From Acidobacteriota bacterium (lineage in GTDB: Bacteria > Acidobacteriota > Blastocatellia > Chloracidobacteriales > JADJPF01): a DNA stretch of 64,000 bases. This document shows positions 9,527-19,847 of this stretch, in pieces (the first letter of the stretch is position 1; each line of letters begins with the position of its first letter). The stretch is from positions 15,810-79,809 of the forward strand of contig JAFLBC010000021.1 of the NCBI GenBank assembly GCA_017303955.1, in the 5' to 3' direction. Below the pieces are notes generated by a model, which was not told where the DNA came from, searched no databases, and saw only the letters and a program-made list of their open reading frames with translations. The position numbers and the translations under genes are program-made.

Positions 9527-10573
9527 TCAACTAGCAGAATAATTTTTAAACTTTTCATACCAAGATTTATCTTTAAACTTTTTCTTATCAACTTCGTCGG
9601 CTCTTTTTATTATTACTTCAGCCACTTTTAGTTTTTGACTAGGTTCTGTTATATCTTCCCATTTTTTAATATAATTGCCAATTTCACCAGCAAATCTATT
9701 ATTTGGTAAATTATTAATTGCCATTATCATAGGATCTTCTATTTTAGTTTCTTTTTTTTCTAATACTGCTACTGACTGATTTTCTACAGATATTTTTCTT
9801 TCAGGAATTTCTAATTCCATACGACCATATCCGCTAGATGTTTTTGCTCCAACACCTAATTCTTTTAATGCTTCTTTTAGTATGTCAAAAGTTAAACTTA
9901 CCCAATCTTCTGGGCCTGATAATGCAATTAAATATTCTCCTGTAGCAGTAAGAAATGAAATAGGCGTTGTGCTGTCCCAATCTGCTGGTGCAAGATTTTT
10001 ATCTTGATAATAATCTTGGTGGTGGACTGTGATTACATCAGCATGTAAAGCTTGTTTATTAATTCCACTATCAGGAACATAAAGCGCGTCATAAAATGTA
10101 ACAAAACCTGCTGCTTCTTTAATGTCGTTTTTCTCGTCTGTAGAAGTGCCAAACACAGTTACATAATTAGAAGAAGTTTGTTCCCAACCATGTAAATAAT
10201 CTCTTGCATAACTAGCCGCTACACCTTTTAATGCACTAGCAGGAATATAAGGCACGCCATAAGTATGATATAGCTTTATAGAAGTTTCTAAAACGCTTTC
10301 TGTGCCAAGTCCAACAGCCATACGGCCTTGAACCGTAGCTTTACCAGTTTGCACATCTGAAATTTGCTCTAAAGTTTGCTTCCAGCGTTGATAAAATTTT
10401 GTGTAAATTTCTGGTTGAGCAATTGTTCCTACTTCATTGACTAATCTAGTTTTTGGTTGCTCATTGTTATTGGTTGATTCTTGTTGAGTTGTAAGAAACT
10501 TATCTAGCCAAAGACCTGCATGGTTAGCTATTGGTTTATCTAAATTAACAAAGACATTTCGGCGACTACTCAT
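9527..10573 (-). CDS. cmr6: Type III-B CRISPR RAMP protein Cmr6
   Basis: N-terminal NHAGLWLDKFL motif characteristic of Cmr6. Glycine-rich loop GVGAKTSSGYGRM near the C-terminus. Position after cmr5. Confidence 0.85.
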   Translation of the reverse strand: MSSRRNVFVNLDKPIANHAGLWLDKFLTTQQESTNNNEQPKTRLVNEVGTIAQPEIYTKFYQRWKQTLEQISDVQTGKATVQGRMAVGLGTESVLETSIKLYHTYGVPYIPASALKGVAASYARDYLHGWEQTSSNYVTVFGTSTDEKNDIKEAAGFVTFYDALYVPDSGINKQALHADVITVHHQDYYQDKNLAPADWDSTTPISFLTATGEYLIALSGPEDWVSLTFDILKEALKELGVGAKTSSGYGRMELEIPERKISVENQSVAVLEKKETKIEDPMIMAINNLPNNRFAGEIGNYIKKWEDITEPSQKLKVAEVIIKRADEVDKKKFKDKSWYEKFKNYSAS

Positions 10574-10608
10574 AACTATTTCCTCTAATTTGTTTTAGTT
10601 ATTTATGT

Positions 10609-10956
10609 TTAGTTTAATAAAGCTTGTGCAAAGCGTTTATACCAAGATAGCGCAGCTAAAACATCTCTAGTTAATTTCATATACTCAGCTAATTCAGCCA
10701 TGCGACTTCTTTCTAGCAATTGATTTTTATCTGTTCCTATAGTTGTTGCTAAATGGGTTAACAACAATTTCCAAGCTTGTTCATTTGATGAGTTTGCTTT
10801 GGCATCAACAAAAGATAAGGCTTGAGCTAGACCAGCACTATGAATTAAAACAGGCAATTTGTCTGTCATAGTTTTATACTTGCTTTTTTCTGAATCTTTT
10901 ACGTTTTTTACATTTTCATAAGCACTGCTTGCATATTTTTGATTTCGAGTTGGCAT
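10609..10956 (-). CDS. cmr5: Type III-B small subunit Cmr5
   Basis: 115-aa alpha-helical protein with an LPVLIHSAGLAQALSFV-type motif, lying between cmr4 and cmr6. Confidence 0.7.
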   Translation of the reverse strand: MPTRNQKYASSAYENVKNVKDSEKSKYKTMTDKLPVLIHSAGLAQALSFVDAKANSSNEQAWKLLLTHLATTIGTDKNQLLERSRMAELAEYMKLTRDVLAALSWYKRFAQALLN

Positions 10957-10973
10957 AGTTTTTTCCTCCTAGC

Positions 10974-11861
10974 TTACTGGTTTATTAATTTGACTGAGCA
11001 TAAGCCATGACCAACGGTTGCTTTACCGCCAAATTGCACAGTTTTGTTAGTTATTGTTGTAATAGCTTCAAAGACTTTGTTGGTAGTTATCTCTGCTTTC
11101 TTAGTAGGGTTAGCAATGACTAAGCCAGACAAAATTGTTTCTGTTGGCAAGGTTTCTTCATACCAAAGATTTTCTGCTGTTTTAGATTCATCATTTATAA
11201 CAATTCTTGCAGAAACTTCTGTTGCAGTTTCTAACAAAAAGCTTAATAAATCATCTGACACAATGCAAAAACGCTTTTTAAGCATATCTTGCCATTCTGG
11301 AGAGTCAGCAAAAATTCTTGGTGCTAGCCAATCAGCCCAATTGCTAGCTTTTACAACTTCAGTATTATTATTGCTTGGAGTTAAATCTAAATCTTCTAAA
11401 AATACCTTGCTATTATTGTTAACACCATGTTTTAGACAACTAGTTGTTATTACTAAACAAGAGGTTTCTTCTAATATTGTAGGATTTGCAGGCAAATTAT
11501 TTATTCCTGCTACCTTAGCATCACGAACAAATCTTTGTAGAATGTAAGGCGAAGTCACCCAAGCAAATGTTCCTACAAGGCTACGAATAGGCAACAACAA
11601 CAAACGTTGATCAGAAAATTGCACAGATCCAGCATGTTCCATAGTTTGAGATTTTTCTTCATTCCCAGTTCCAAAAATACTTTTTTGTTGTTTTTCGTCT
11701 GTGCAAAGATCTCGCAAACTGCCTTTTACAGATGAACCGGGCAAAAAAGGTATTCCAGTAGCTTTTTCTCTAGCGATAGGCAAATCAATTACACCAATTC
11801 CTTGGCCTGTACCAGCGTGCAAAGGCGATAGTGCATGGACAAAAGCTAAACGCGCTTCCAT
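10974..11861 (-). CDS. cmr4: Type III-B backbone RAMP Cmr4 (Cas7 family)
   Basis: N-terminal ...LSPLHAGTGQG..IDLPIARE..TG.PFLPGSSVKGSLR, the hallmark of Cmr4. C-terminal glycine-rich loop GGKATVGHG. Confidence 0.9.
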   Translation of the reverse strand: MEARLAFVHALSPLHAGTGQGIGVIDLPIAREKATGIPFLPGSSVKGSLRDLCTDEKQQKSIFGTGNEEKSQTMEHAGSVQFSDQRLLLLPIRSLVGTFAWVTSPYILQRFVRDAKVAGINNLPANPTILEETSCLVITTSCLKHGVNNNSKVFLEDLDLTPSNNNTEVVKASNWADWLAPRIFADSPEWQDMLKKRFCIVSDDLLSFLLETATEVSARIVINDESKTAENLWYEETLPTETILSGLVIANPTKKAEITTNKVFEAITTITNKTVQFGGKATVGHGLCSVKLINQ

Positions 11862-11906
11862 AAAAATTTCTCCTTGGTTATAAAAAATCTTTTGAAATAA
11901 TTAAAC

Positions 11907-13313
11907 TTATAGCTTATTTAGAAAAGCTTTAAGAACATCTGTTTCATTACCTAAAAGCTTAGTTTTATTGTCTGGTTTAAGTATTTGACCAGCCTCAGTT
12001 GTATTTAACTTAACTGCAAGGTTAGGCCAGCTTTCATTTTTTTGTTGTGTTGTTCCAGTAGCCTCATTTGTTTTTAATTCAACTTGAGCATTATCTAAAA
12101 GGCGTTGTGTTCCTTCTAAAATGGCGGCTAAACCTACATAACCATTGCTGCATTTAATTGGCCGTAAGATAAGCGGGCTTGCTAATCTGTCAGATTCAAT
12201 TCCACTTCCAGATAAAATAAGCATTGTTGTTCTTGGATCAAAACTTGAGTCATAAGGATTATTACGGTTATAATCATCAGGGTTAAACTGGAAAATTATT
12301 GGTAGACCAAATGCTGCACGAGGAAATTTGTTTAATTTATTTATTGGAGAATGTGAGCTTGTATGTTGTCCTGTTAAATCCCTTATATAATCAGGTTCAG
12401 GCCATCGGCTACGACCTGGGCGATTAGGTTTTGAGCCGGGATTACGTTCTTGGCGAAATTCTTTTAGAGTTTTTATTAAGTAACTCCAAACATCAGTAGC
12501 TTTGGTAGAATTTGGTCTTGGAACAGATTTATGAGCTAAATTTTTAGTTAGATGTGGCAAATCTGAAGGCCATTTTACAACGTCAACAACATGTTTTTTA
12601 AGTTGTTGGCTAATAAAACTTTCAAAGTTATTAATTGCTGGCAAAGTTACAGGTTTTTGATCAATTGAAAGTAATGAAATAGCTCCAAAACCTCGTCTAG
12701 TCCTTGCTCCAATGCCGCCAAAAGTTTCCCATGCCCAAAGAGCAGCTTCTACATCAGTTTGTAAATCTTTTGGGAACTTTATTTCTAATATAAAAGAAAC
12801 ATTTTCTTTTATGGGTGTTGTTGGCATATTGACATAAATTGTTCTTTGTTCTGGTCTTAAGGGAAAAGCAGCATAAGAAGGTGCAACATTTTCAATATTT
12901 TTTATTTGTGGAATAGGTTTGCCATTTCTATATTCAGGTTTGCCATCCTTGATTTTTTGGATAACTTCAAAAGGCTTAACAGCTTTTCCATGGTCTTTAA
13001 CCTTAACAAAAACTTGTACTTTTGAAGCAGGCTTTTCACCTTTTTTATCTTTGCTAGCTGTTCCCCAAATCGCGTCTTCTGCTTTTTTCATTTGTTCTAA
13101 ATCTGCAAATGCTCCACCACGACAAGCACGCCACCAAAAACGCAGTTGTCCACGAATGCTTGAACCACGAATTGTTGTTATTGGGTCGGCTTCGCCTGCC
13201 TTGACTCCACCGCCAAATAAAGGTGTGATTAATTCATATTTACGTTCTTGAGTAATGATTTGTGATTTAACAAGTTTTTCAATTTTACTTGGGGCTTTAG
13301 GTGCTACTCTCAT
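11907..13313 (-). CDS. cmr1: Type III-B RAMP Cmr1
   Basis: ITPLFGGG...IRGSSIRGQLRFWWRA, the typical RAMP N-terminal motif of Cmr1, with a G-rich loop FGGIGARTRRGFG. The ORF extends to 13349, but the start is probably the ATG overlapping the cmr3 stop (MRVAPKAP...). Confidence 0.75.
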   Translation of the reverse strand: MRVAPKAPSKIEKLVKSQIITQERKYELITPLFGGGVKAGEADPITTIRGSSIRGQLRFWWRACRGGAFADLEQMKKAEDAIWGTASKDKKGEKPASKVQVFVKVKDHGKAVKPFEVIQKIKDGKPEYRNGKPIPQIKNIENVAPSYAAFPLRPEQRTIYVNMPTTPIKENVSFILEIKFPKDLQTDVEAALWAWETFGGIGARTRRGFGAISLLSIDQKPVTLPAINNFESFISQQLKKHVVDVVKWPSDLPHLTKNLAHKSVPRPNSTKATDVWSYLIKTLKEFRQERNPGSKPNRPGRSRWPEPDYIRDLTGQHTSSHSPINKLNKFPRAAFGLPIIFQFNPDDYNRNNPYDSSFDPRTTMLILSGSGIESDRLASPLILRPIKCSNGYVGLAAILEGTQRLLDNAQVELKTNEATGTTQQKNESWPNLAVKLNTTEAGQILKPDNKTKLLGNETDVLKAFLNKL

Positions 13314-14509
13314 TATTTCACCTCCATTATTTCGTTTTCTCCTGACCAAGTGCCTAGCACGGCTAAACCAAAACTGTCTAAGCGGCTTTGTTCATCGTCG
13401 CTAATTGCAGTTAGCCAGATTTTATCAATCCAAGTTTCTAGCTCTTTTTCATCTGTCATCTTCTCATCAAACTTTAAGAAAAACACTGTTCCAGCAGGTG
13501 CTAAACGTCGCGTAGCTTTGGGCTTGTTAGTTTCAAAGTCCCAGCCAGAGATGACTTGAGGACGCTCTACACGAATGGCTTTTATTTGTGCAGTTAAAGT
13601 TTTGTGAGGTGTTATCAAATATTCAGGTTGACAAATATTCTTAAAATGGCCTGGTGTTAACAGCAACACTCTACAAGCTTTTGTGCAAAGAATTTGTTTT
13701 TTAATTTGGTCAGGACATTTAGCAAAAGGTATTGAATCGTTGTTTTTATGCCAATTGACTATTCGTCTTTCACCGCCAAGCATAGCAACACCTTCGCGTA
13801 AATTAGCGTCAGTTTGCACAGCTAAAGCTAGACGAGTTAAATTAGCAAGTTTTTTATCAGCTTGTTTTTGATAAGTAAATTCTAAGCCTTGTGTTTGAAA
13901 TAACGCGCCTTCTCTAGCAGTTTGGCTTTCATTCAAAATGCTTACATGTGTTCGTATATCTAAACTTGGCCCTTTATGCCCAAGATCAGAGAGATTAACA
14001 TCTAGCTTATCTTGAGCGTTATTTAACCACTCTTCAAGCTTTTTCCAATACCAAAACCTAGGTGCAAATTTATGTGTTTTGCTAGGGTCGGCTTTAGTCA
14101 TACCAACCAAAGAAAGGTTTGTTTGTAAATCAGTAAAGCTATCTTCAGGCATGTTTATTGGTACAAGTTTTTTTATATTGCCTCTAGTTTCATCAATTTT
14201 AGTTTTATTATTTGAGTCATTATTAAGAATTACTAAATCTATTGGTGCAGGAGTTAACCAATTTTGAATATTGCCTTGTTCATCAAGTTCAACTAAAAAA
14301 GGCCCTTTTATAACAATTTGTTTTACTTCATTGATTTTTGCTGTTTGAAAATGGCCTTGTGCGTCTAGTCCAGCACGGGTGCGAACTCCGCCAGCAATTG
14401 TTGATGGGAAAGGAAAACTTAAGCTAGCGGCTCTCGCGCCAGGATCACCAAACGGGCGACCATCACGAAAAATAATTGGGTCACGGGGTTCAAGTATCCA
14501 AACAGTCAT
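13313..14509 (-). CDS. cmr3: Type III-B Cmr3 (Cas5-group RAMP)
   Basis: N-terminus ILEPRDPIIFRDGRPFG...SLSFPFPSTIAGGVRT matches the conserved Cmr3 signature. Lies immediately downstream of cmr2. Confidence 0.85.
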   Translation of the reverse strand: MTVWILEPRDPIIFRDGRPFGDPGARAASLSFPFPSTIAGGVRTRAGLDAQGHFQTAKINEVKQIVIKGPFLVELDEQGNIQNWLTPAPIDLVILNNDSNNKTKIDETRGNIKKLVPINMPEDSFTDLQTNLSLVGMTKADPSKTHKFAPRFWYWKKLEEWLNNAQDKLDVNLSDLGHKGPSLDIRTHVSILNESQTAREGALFQTQGLEFTYQKQADKKLANLTRLALAVQTDANLREGVAMLGGERRIVNWHKNNDSIPFAKCPDQIKKQILCTKACRVLLLTPGHFKNICQPEYLITPHKTLTAQIKAIRVERPQVISGWDFETNKPKATRRLAPAGTVFFLKFDEKMTDEKELETWIDKIWLTAISDDEQSRLDSFGLAVLGTWSGENEIMEVK

Positions 14510-14512
14510 AAA

Positions 14513-16255
14513 TTAGTCTCCCTTTCCTTTAGAAATTAATTTTTCAACTTCAGCAAAAATGCGAGCAACTACAAGTTCATCAGCTAGATCTTTGATGGAA
14601 ACTTTGTCTTCATCAATTCTTTTTTCAATGTTTGTTAAAACATCTTTATCTACTTTTTTGCGTCTAAAAATTCTTTTCGCTTCTACTTTAATTAAATCTT
14701 TTAAGTTAGCTGTATCACCTAAACTTAAAACTAAATCTCTTAATTCATAAGCCACCCCGTCAGGAATTTGACCATTTGCATGCAATGTGATCCAATTTTT
14801 TAGACGGTCATCTATTTCGCCCCAACTTCCTTTGACTGTTAAATCCACACCAGCACGTTTGCTTACAGTCACAGCCAAAGCATTTTTGCCAGCTACACTT
14901 TTAGCAGCTTTTTCTGCTGCTCTTGCTAAATTTAACGAATCGCTAAGAGGATCCAAATGATGGACAATCGCAACTCCAACAGAAAGAGTAGGAGAATCAT
15001 TGTCATTAGGACTTTTTTTAGGAACGGGAAAACCTTTTAATTTTTCTTTGAAATCTTGGTTTAGTTCACACGCACAATCTAAAATTGTATATATTGGCAC
15101 AAAAGCCAGCACATCATCACCACCTGCATAAACAAGTGAACCTTTATGCTCTGCTACAATTTTTCGGACATTGCTAGCAAATCGACTTAAAGCTTGAGAA
15201 ATTTTTCTGTGTGCTTCAGGAGTTTTTTGGTTGTCAATAGCTTCACCCATTCTATCACCGTCGCCTAAAAGCAGCCCGTAATAGGGGCTTGGGCGTTTGT
15301 CAGCAAGATTGCAACTTTTATAAAATTCGTTTAGTGCTTTTTTAGCTTGTTTTAGTTTCTCATCTTCATTTTTAGCAAAAAAATCAACTAATCTTTCTTC
15401 AAACAAAATATGTCCATCATAATTTTCAAAAACAGGATGAGGATCTCCTGGCACATTTCCCAGTTCACTTTCAAGACCAAAATCTTGTTTTAAGGTAAGA
15501 ATATATTTTCTTACAGCAGTTTTATGCTCTTCTTTTAGCAATTCTAAAAATGGCAAAGATGCTACGTGAGATGTAGAAAAGAATCTATCTTTCCCTTTTC
15601 GCCGTTCTCCATGACGTTTTAATAAGCCTACTCCGCAAAGCTTTTCACTAGGTTTAATCCGACATTGACGAAGGAGTTCTTTTTCAGGAAATCTAGTAGG
15701 ATCAATAACAGCTTCACGTTGTCCATCTAATGATGATTTTGGAACACCAGCCTTTCCCCAAGAAACAGCATTATAATTTTTAGTAGCTTTTCGTGCCGCC
15801 ATTAGAGCTTCTGCTTGTTTGCGAGTTTCAACATATTTTTCTAAGCTCTCTAATTTTGTAGCTACCCAGAAAAACTCTAGCATGTCCGCTATTTGTGCAT
15901 CTGCGGTTTTATTATCAAAATATCCTCGAAGATTTTTCAAGCCATCTTCTTTAATTTCATTAAGTCGAGTTTTTACATTAGTTAGAGCTTGTTTACAAAT
16001 TTCTTCAGGATTATTTTTAACAATTGCTACTATTTTGTTTGCCACATCAAAACTAATATCAGGCTCTAAATCAGATAATTCTGTTGGAGCAGGGAAAATT
16101 AAGTTCTCAATGCCTTCTTTTTCCGCAATGCTATGAGCAGCCGTTTTTGAAAGCTCACTAAGTAGCCAAGAACCAAACCAAAGATCCCGACTTCGCCTAG
16201 CAGTGATAATAAAATCCTGCACTGGGCCGATATGAATAATAATTAAGTATTCCAT
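14513..16255 (-). CDS. cmr2: Cas10/Cmr2 large subunit lacking the HD nuclease domain (Cmr2dHD-like); cyclase GGDD motif retained
   Basis: Starts directly with IGPVQDFIITARRSRDLWFGSWLLSEL, the conserved start of the Cmr2 body after where an HD domain would be. First palm motif LLLGDGDRMGEAI. Second palm motif VYAGGDDVLAFVP. Only 580 aa. Confidence 0.9.
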   Translation of the reverse strand: MEYLIIIHIGPVQDFIITARRSRDLWFGSWLLSELSKTAAHSIAEKEGIENLIFPAPTELSDLEPDISFDVANKIVAIVKNNPEEICKQALTNVKTRLNEIKEDGLKNLRGYFDNKTADAQIADMLEFFWVATKLESLEKYVETRKQAEALMAARKATKNYNAVSWGKAGVPKSSLDGQREAVIDPTRFPEKELLRQCRIKPSEKLCGVGLLKRHGERRKGKDRFFSTSHVASLPFLELLKEEHKTAVRKYILTLKQDFGLESELGNVPGDPHPVFENYDGHILFEERLVDFFAKNEDEKLKQAKKALNEFYKSCNLADKRPSPYYGLLLGDGDRMGEAIDNQKTPEAHRKISQALSRFASNVRKIVAEHKGSLVYAGGDDVLAFVPIYTILDCACELNQDFKEKLKGFPVPKKSPNDNDSPTLSVGVAIVHHLDPLSDSLNLARAAEKAAKSVAGKNALAVTVSKRAGVDLTVKGSWGEIDDRLKNWITLHANGQIPDGVAYELRDLVLSLGDTANLKDLIKVEAKRIFRRKKVDKDVLTNIEKRIDEDKVSIKDLADELVVARIFAEVEKLISKGKGD

Positions 16256-16721
16256 AGCACAACCTGTAAATGAAAATTAATTAAATTGTTATTATGAAAA
16301 AGTAATATGCTATTTTTGCTAGACGCAAAATTTACATAACTTTTTACTAATAATCAACTACTTAATCTTAAAAAGATAAAATTACTATTTATAGCTTTTT
16401 AACTAAAGCATTATTTGTATTTTTATTGGGATTCTAAAACAAAATTGGCAGATTAAAAGAGCCAGCAAGCTTGCTGAGTGGAAAATTTTTAGGGTTTATG
16501 TTGTCTATTTAGCTACTCTCATTTTCTGACTGCTGCTAAATTCCCAAACTCTAGTTAATCCTTGGGAAATGTAAGTAATATAGATTCGTGAGAGTTTTTT
16601 AGGGGTTTTTGACATTTTTTTCATAGAACTTTTTTGCAGGTTAAGCAAAAACACCCAAATTATGCTAGGAATATATCTTGCATGTTAAATGGGTTAGCAT
16701 GATTATGGAGGTTAAACTGTT

Positions 16722-17486
16722 ATGAAAAAGGTAATAAGCTTGTTGATCCTTAGAATAGCTATTATTAGTTCTCTAATAATAGCTACTACGCTAGGTGTAA
16801 CAGCACAGTGGAACAACCCGTATTGGGGAACAAGTTGGAATAATCCTACATCAAGCCTACTGCAAACTATGACTATGAATAAAGTTTTTGCCGATAGTAT
16901 GAGAAAACCGTTTGAGCAAAGAGGCAAAGCTTTAGATCAAAGGTCGATACCAAAGCAAAATAAACTTACTCCATACCAGCAAAAATCTGTAACTTTCTTG
17001 CCTGTTGCTAATATGATTATGCCAAAACAGCTAGCTGAAACGATTGGAGCAACACCCAAGGATCGCAAAGAACTTCAAAAAGCATTTACCGAATTTTTGC
17101 AGGTTTTCGACCAGGAAGCCGCTTTAGACAAAGAAGAAAATAATGTTGCTCGTGCAGTCACTTTTTTTATTGTTTGTAACTACATTGTTGCTACAGGCTT
17201 GGAGTTTGAGGAAGAGCAGATCAATTTTATGGAGAGAGATATAAATATTTACCTAGCGGAAAACGAGTATTTTTGCGCCTTCGATAACCACAGGAAGCAA
17301 GAACTTTATGAAAGCTTGGTCATTCTTGGCACCCTTGCTGCCGCAGGCTATCATGACGGAGAGGAAAACGGACGAAAAGAGCAAATGGAGAGATTCCGCT
17401 CTTTAGCACGTAATGGCTTGGAAACCTTGCTAGGTGTACCTGTTGAAAGGTTGAAATTAACAAAAGTAGGGTTGGTTATTAAATAG
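16722..17486 (+). CDS. Hypothetical secreted protein
   Basis: Signal peptide (LLILRIAIISSLIIATTLGVTAQ). GGAGG RBS 8 nt upstream. No recognisable domain. Divergent from the cmr operon. Confidence 0.5.
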   Translation: MKKVISLLILRIAIISSLIIATTLGVTAQWNNPYWGTSWNNPTSSLLQTMTMNKVFADSMRKPFEQRGKALDQRSIPKQNKLTPYQQKSVTFLPVANMIMPKQLAETIGATPKDRKELQKAFTEFLQVFDQEAALDKEENNVARAVTFFIVCNYIVATGLEFEEEQINFMERDINIYLAENEYFCAFDNHRKQELYESLVILGTLAAAGYHDGEENGRKEQMERFRSLARNGLETLLGVPVERLKLTKVGLVIK

Positions 17487-17699
17487 TTTTACTTCTGCTC
17501 GAATAATCCATTTCTATCAGATTTGCCTTTTTAATGTCTTCTTGTTTTTTTCCTTAACTCTAACAGAAATAGAATAAAGGGAAACAAAAGGATATTACGA
17601 TACAACTCAATAAGCAAATCATACAAAATCAATAGTTTATCTATTAAAACATCTCAATTCTTGAGAGTTTTCTAATGATTAAGTAGTTTTATCTAAAAC

Positions 17700-17742
17700 C
17701 AAAAATGCAGCCGTGCTACAAACAACAGGGCTGCATTTTGAC
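17700..17742 (-). terminator. Rho-independent terminator downstream of the OmpA-family gene
   Basis: Hairpin aatgcagcc-N16-ggctgcatt. On the minus strand it is followed by TTTTTGGTTTT. Confidence 0.6.
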
Positions 17743-17754
17743 TTGTAATCTATA

Positions 17755-18603
17755 TTATTGTTTGACTAGTTCTACACGGCGGTTTTCTGCGCGACCTTCC
17801 TCAGTATCGTTGCTTGCTATAGGAGCTAAGGGGCCGACACCGCGGCTAATAAGGCGACTTGCAGAAATACCGTGTTGTGTAATGAGTGCTTGCACTACTG
17901 CTTCAGCACGGGCATGGGAAAGCCTCATATTTAGATCCAGCGAAGCAATATTATCTGTATGACCTACTACATAGACCTTCAATGCTAAGTCTGCTTTCAG
18001 CAATTTGGCAATTTCGGTTACTGCGTTGTCTGATTCAGGTTTCAACTCAGATTTTCCTGTATCAAAGTAAATTCCTGGAACCTCAACGTGTCCACTAGTT
18101 CTAAGGCTAGTTTTAAAGATTTCTGCACTTGAAGTTACTTCCTGGGTCATTGCTTCCTTTTCGATAATGGTTAGCATATAGCCTTTTCCCCAAGCAGTGT
18201 CAAGCAATGCCCAGACTTCCTTACCATTCTTAGCTACTTTCAGAACTGTATAGCGTTTATCTTCAAAAAGTGTTGTTCCACCGATTTGAGCGATAGCTTG
18301 CTGATGATTACGTATGATCTGCAAGGGTGAAGGGGCTACTGTAGCATCAGTCTTATATCTAATTTCAAAGCGTTTTCCTTCTACAGCAGTTTCGGTTGTC
18401 TTTCCAGTTTTAAAAGCAAATCGGTCAAAAGCGACTGTTTTGCAATATTCTATATGCATGTCCTGCATGCGAGTAAAAAGCGGATGGTCTTGGCAGCCAG
18501 CTTTATCTGGACTCTGAGACAATACAATACTACAAAACAAAAAAATCCAAATGATGAGAACATGGATGGAAACCAATAGAGATTTTAATTTAGTACATTG
18601 CAT
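17755..18603 (-). CDS. OmpA-family protein (C-terminal OmpA peptidoglycan-binding domain)
   Basis: N-terminal TM/signal segment. C-terminal OmpA-like domain ...YFDTGKSELKPES...VVGHTDNIASLDLNMRLSHARAEAV...NRRVEL. Confidence 0.8.
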   Translation of the reverse strand: MQCTKLKSLLVSIHVLIIWIFLFCSIVLSQSPDKAGCQDHPLFTRMQDMHIEYCKTVAFDRFAFKTGKTTETAVEGKRFEIRYKTDATVAPSPLQIIRNHQQAIAQIGGTTLFEDKRYTVLKVAKNGKEVWALLDTAWGKGYMLTIIEKEAMTQEVTSSAEIFKTSLRTSGHVEVPGIYFDTGKSELKPESDNAVTEIAKLLKADLALKVYVVGHTDNIASLDLNMRLSHARAEAVVQALITQHGISASRLISRGVGPLAPIASNDTEEGRAENRRVELVKQ

Positions 18604-18888
18604 ATGATGCCTCCAGTCAAAAGTTGCTCATTGTTTTGCTTAATACATCAATTACTTACAATAACTACAAAAACAAGACTTCCAAAATCGTCCCACAACT
18701 TTGCTGATGTGCTTCTATACTTAAAGCAATGAGTATGCCTAATACTAAGCTTATAAAAATGGGTGGTTATATTTTGTATATGGGTTATATTTCCCAAAAT
18801 TGAAGAATAATTGGGGGAATTAACTGTAGTGATTGCAATGTCTATTGACCATATTTAATACTCCAAAGTATTTTTGTTTGAAGTTTAT

Positions 18889-19833
18889 TTATTTTCTTGC
18901 AGAGATATAAATTTTTACAGGTGGTTGCACTTTGTACACTTGAGCAAAGTTGTTTTGGTTGATTGCTAAGGCTAAATGGCCGCGAGAATCAATGTAAAGC
19001 AGAGGTTGGTTAACTGCCACATCACTAAAGGTTTTTACAAAAGGTAAGGAAATATTTTGCTCCCCTATTTTTATATTTATTTTTTCACTAATTTTATAGC
19101 CTAGTTTATAAAAAACTTCTGCATCAACATTGGTAACTAAATTTCCATAGGGGCCATCTAGCCCGATGACCTCAGCACTTAAGCCTTTTTCATCAATTTG
19201 TGCAGCACTGATATTAAGTTTTACTAGCTCATTAATTGGTAATATGGGCCCTACTTTAGCCCAATTTTCACCTTTTGCTATGTGTGCTGCTACAGGTGAA
19301 AAAATATCTCGGCCATGAAAAGTTGATGACAAGGCTTGACCAATCATTAATTTAGTGTTGGTAATTTCCCTTACAGCTTCTAATCCGTCTTGTTGCTCAA
19401 CTAGCGTTAGCAAACCATTGTTAGGCAAAACAAAATATTGACCGCGCTTTGATTTAGCTACAATAGCTTTTCTTTCACTCCCAACACCAGGATCTATAAC
19501 AACTGCAAACACTGTTGCAGGGGGGTAATAAGCAGTTGTTCCTGCCAAAAATCGCGCTCCATCTAAAATTGAGTAAGGCGTAACTTGATGGCTAATATCA
19601 ATAATTTTAAGTTTTGGTTCGATTGAAAGCATTACACCTTTACAAATTGCTACAGAATCGTCAATTACTCCAAAATCAGACATAAACAGTATTGTAGGGC
19701 TGTTAGTTTGCTGAGTTTTCGGAGTTCGCTTTGAAGTTTGATAACTGCTAGCAAAAGTCATTAAGCTAGGCGACACCAACAAATTAAAAAGAATAAAAAA
19801 AGTAGCAAAAATAGATAAGATTAATTTTTTCAT
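18889..19833 (-). CDS. SAM hydroxide adenosyltransferase family protein (DUF62, fluorinase/chlorinase-like fold) with N-terminal TM anchor
   Basis: ILFMSDFGVIDDSVAICKGVM...IDISHQV matches the N-terminal DUF62 core (LTDFG..D.YVG..KGV). The ORF runs to 19917, but a start at MKKLILSIF avoids overlap with the upstream MFS gene. Confidence 0.65.
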   Translation of the reverse strand: MKKLILSIFATFFILFNLLVSPSLMTFASSYQTSKRTPKTQQTNSPTILFMSDFGVIDDSVAICKGVMLSIEPKLKIIDISHQVTPYSILDGARFLAGTTAYYPPATVFAVVIDPGVGSERKAIVAKSKRGQYFVLPNNGLLTLVEQQDGLEAVREITNTKLMIGQALSSTFHGRDIFSPVAAHIAKGENWAKVGPILPINELVKLNISAAQIDEKGLSAEVIGLDGPYGNLVTNVDAEVFYKLGYKISEKINIKIGEQNISLPFVKTFSDVAVNQPLLYIDSRGHLALAINQNNFAQVYKVQPPVKIYISARK

Positions 19834-19847
19834 ATAGATAAAACACT

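Noticed and set aside
16256-16721. Possible CRISPR leader or array in the 465-bp AT-rich region upstream of cmr2
   Set aside because: Read through base by base; there are no direct repeats of 24-40 bp with regular spacing. It is most likely just the promoter region shared with the divergent 254-aa ORF.
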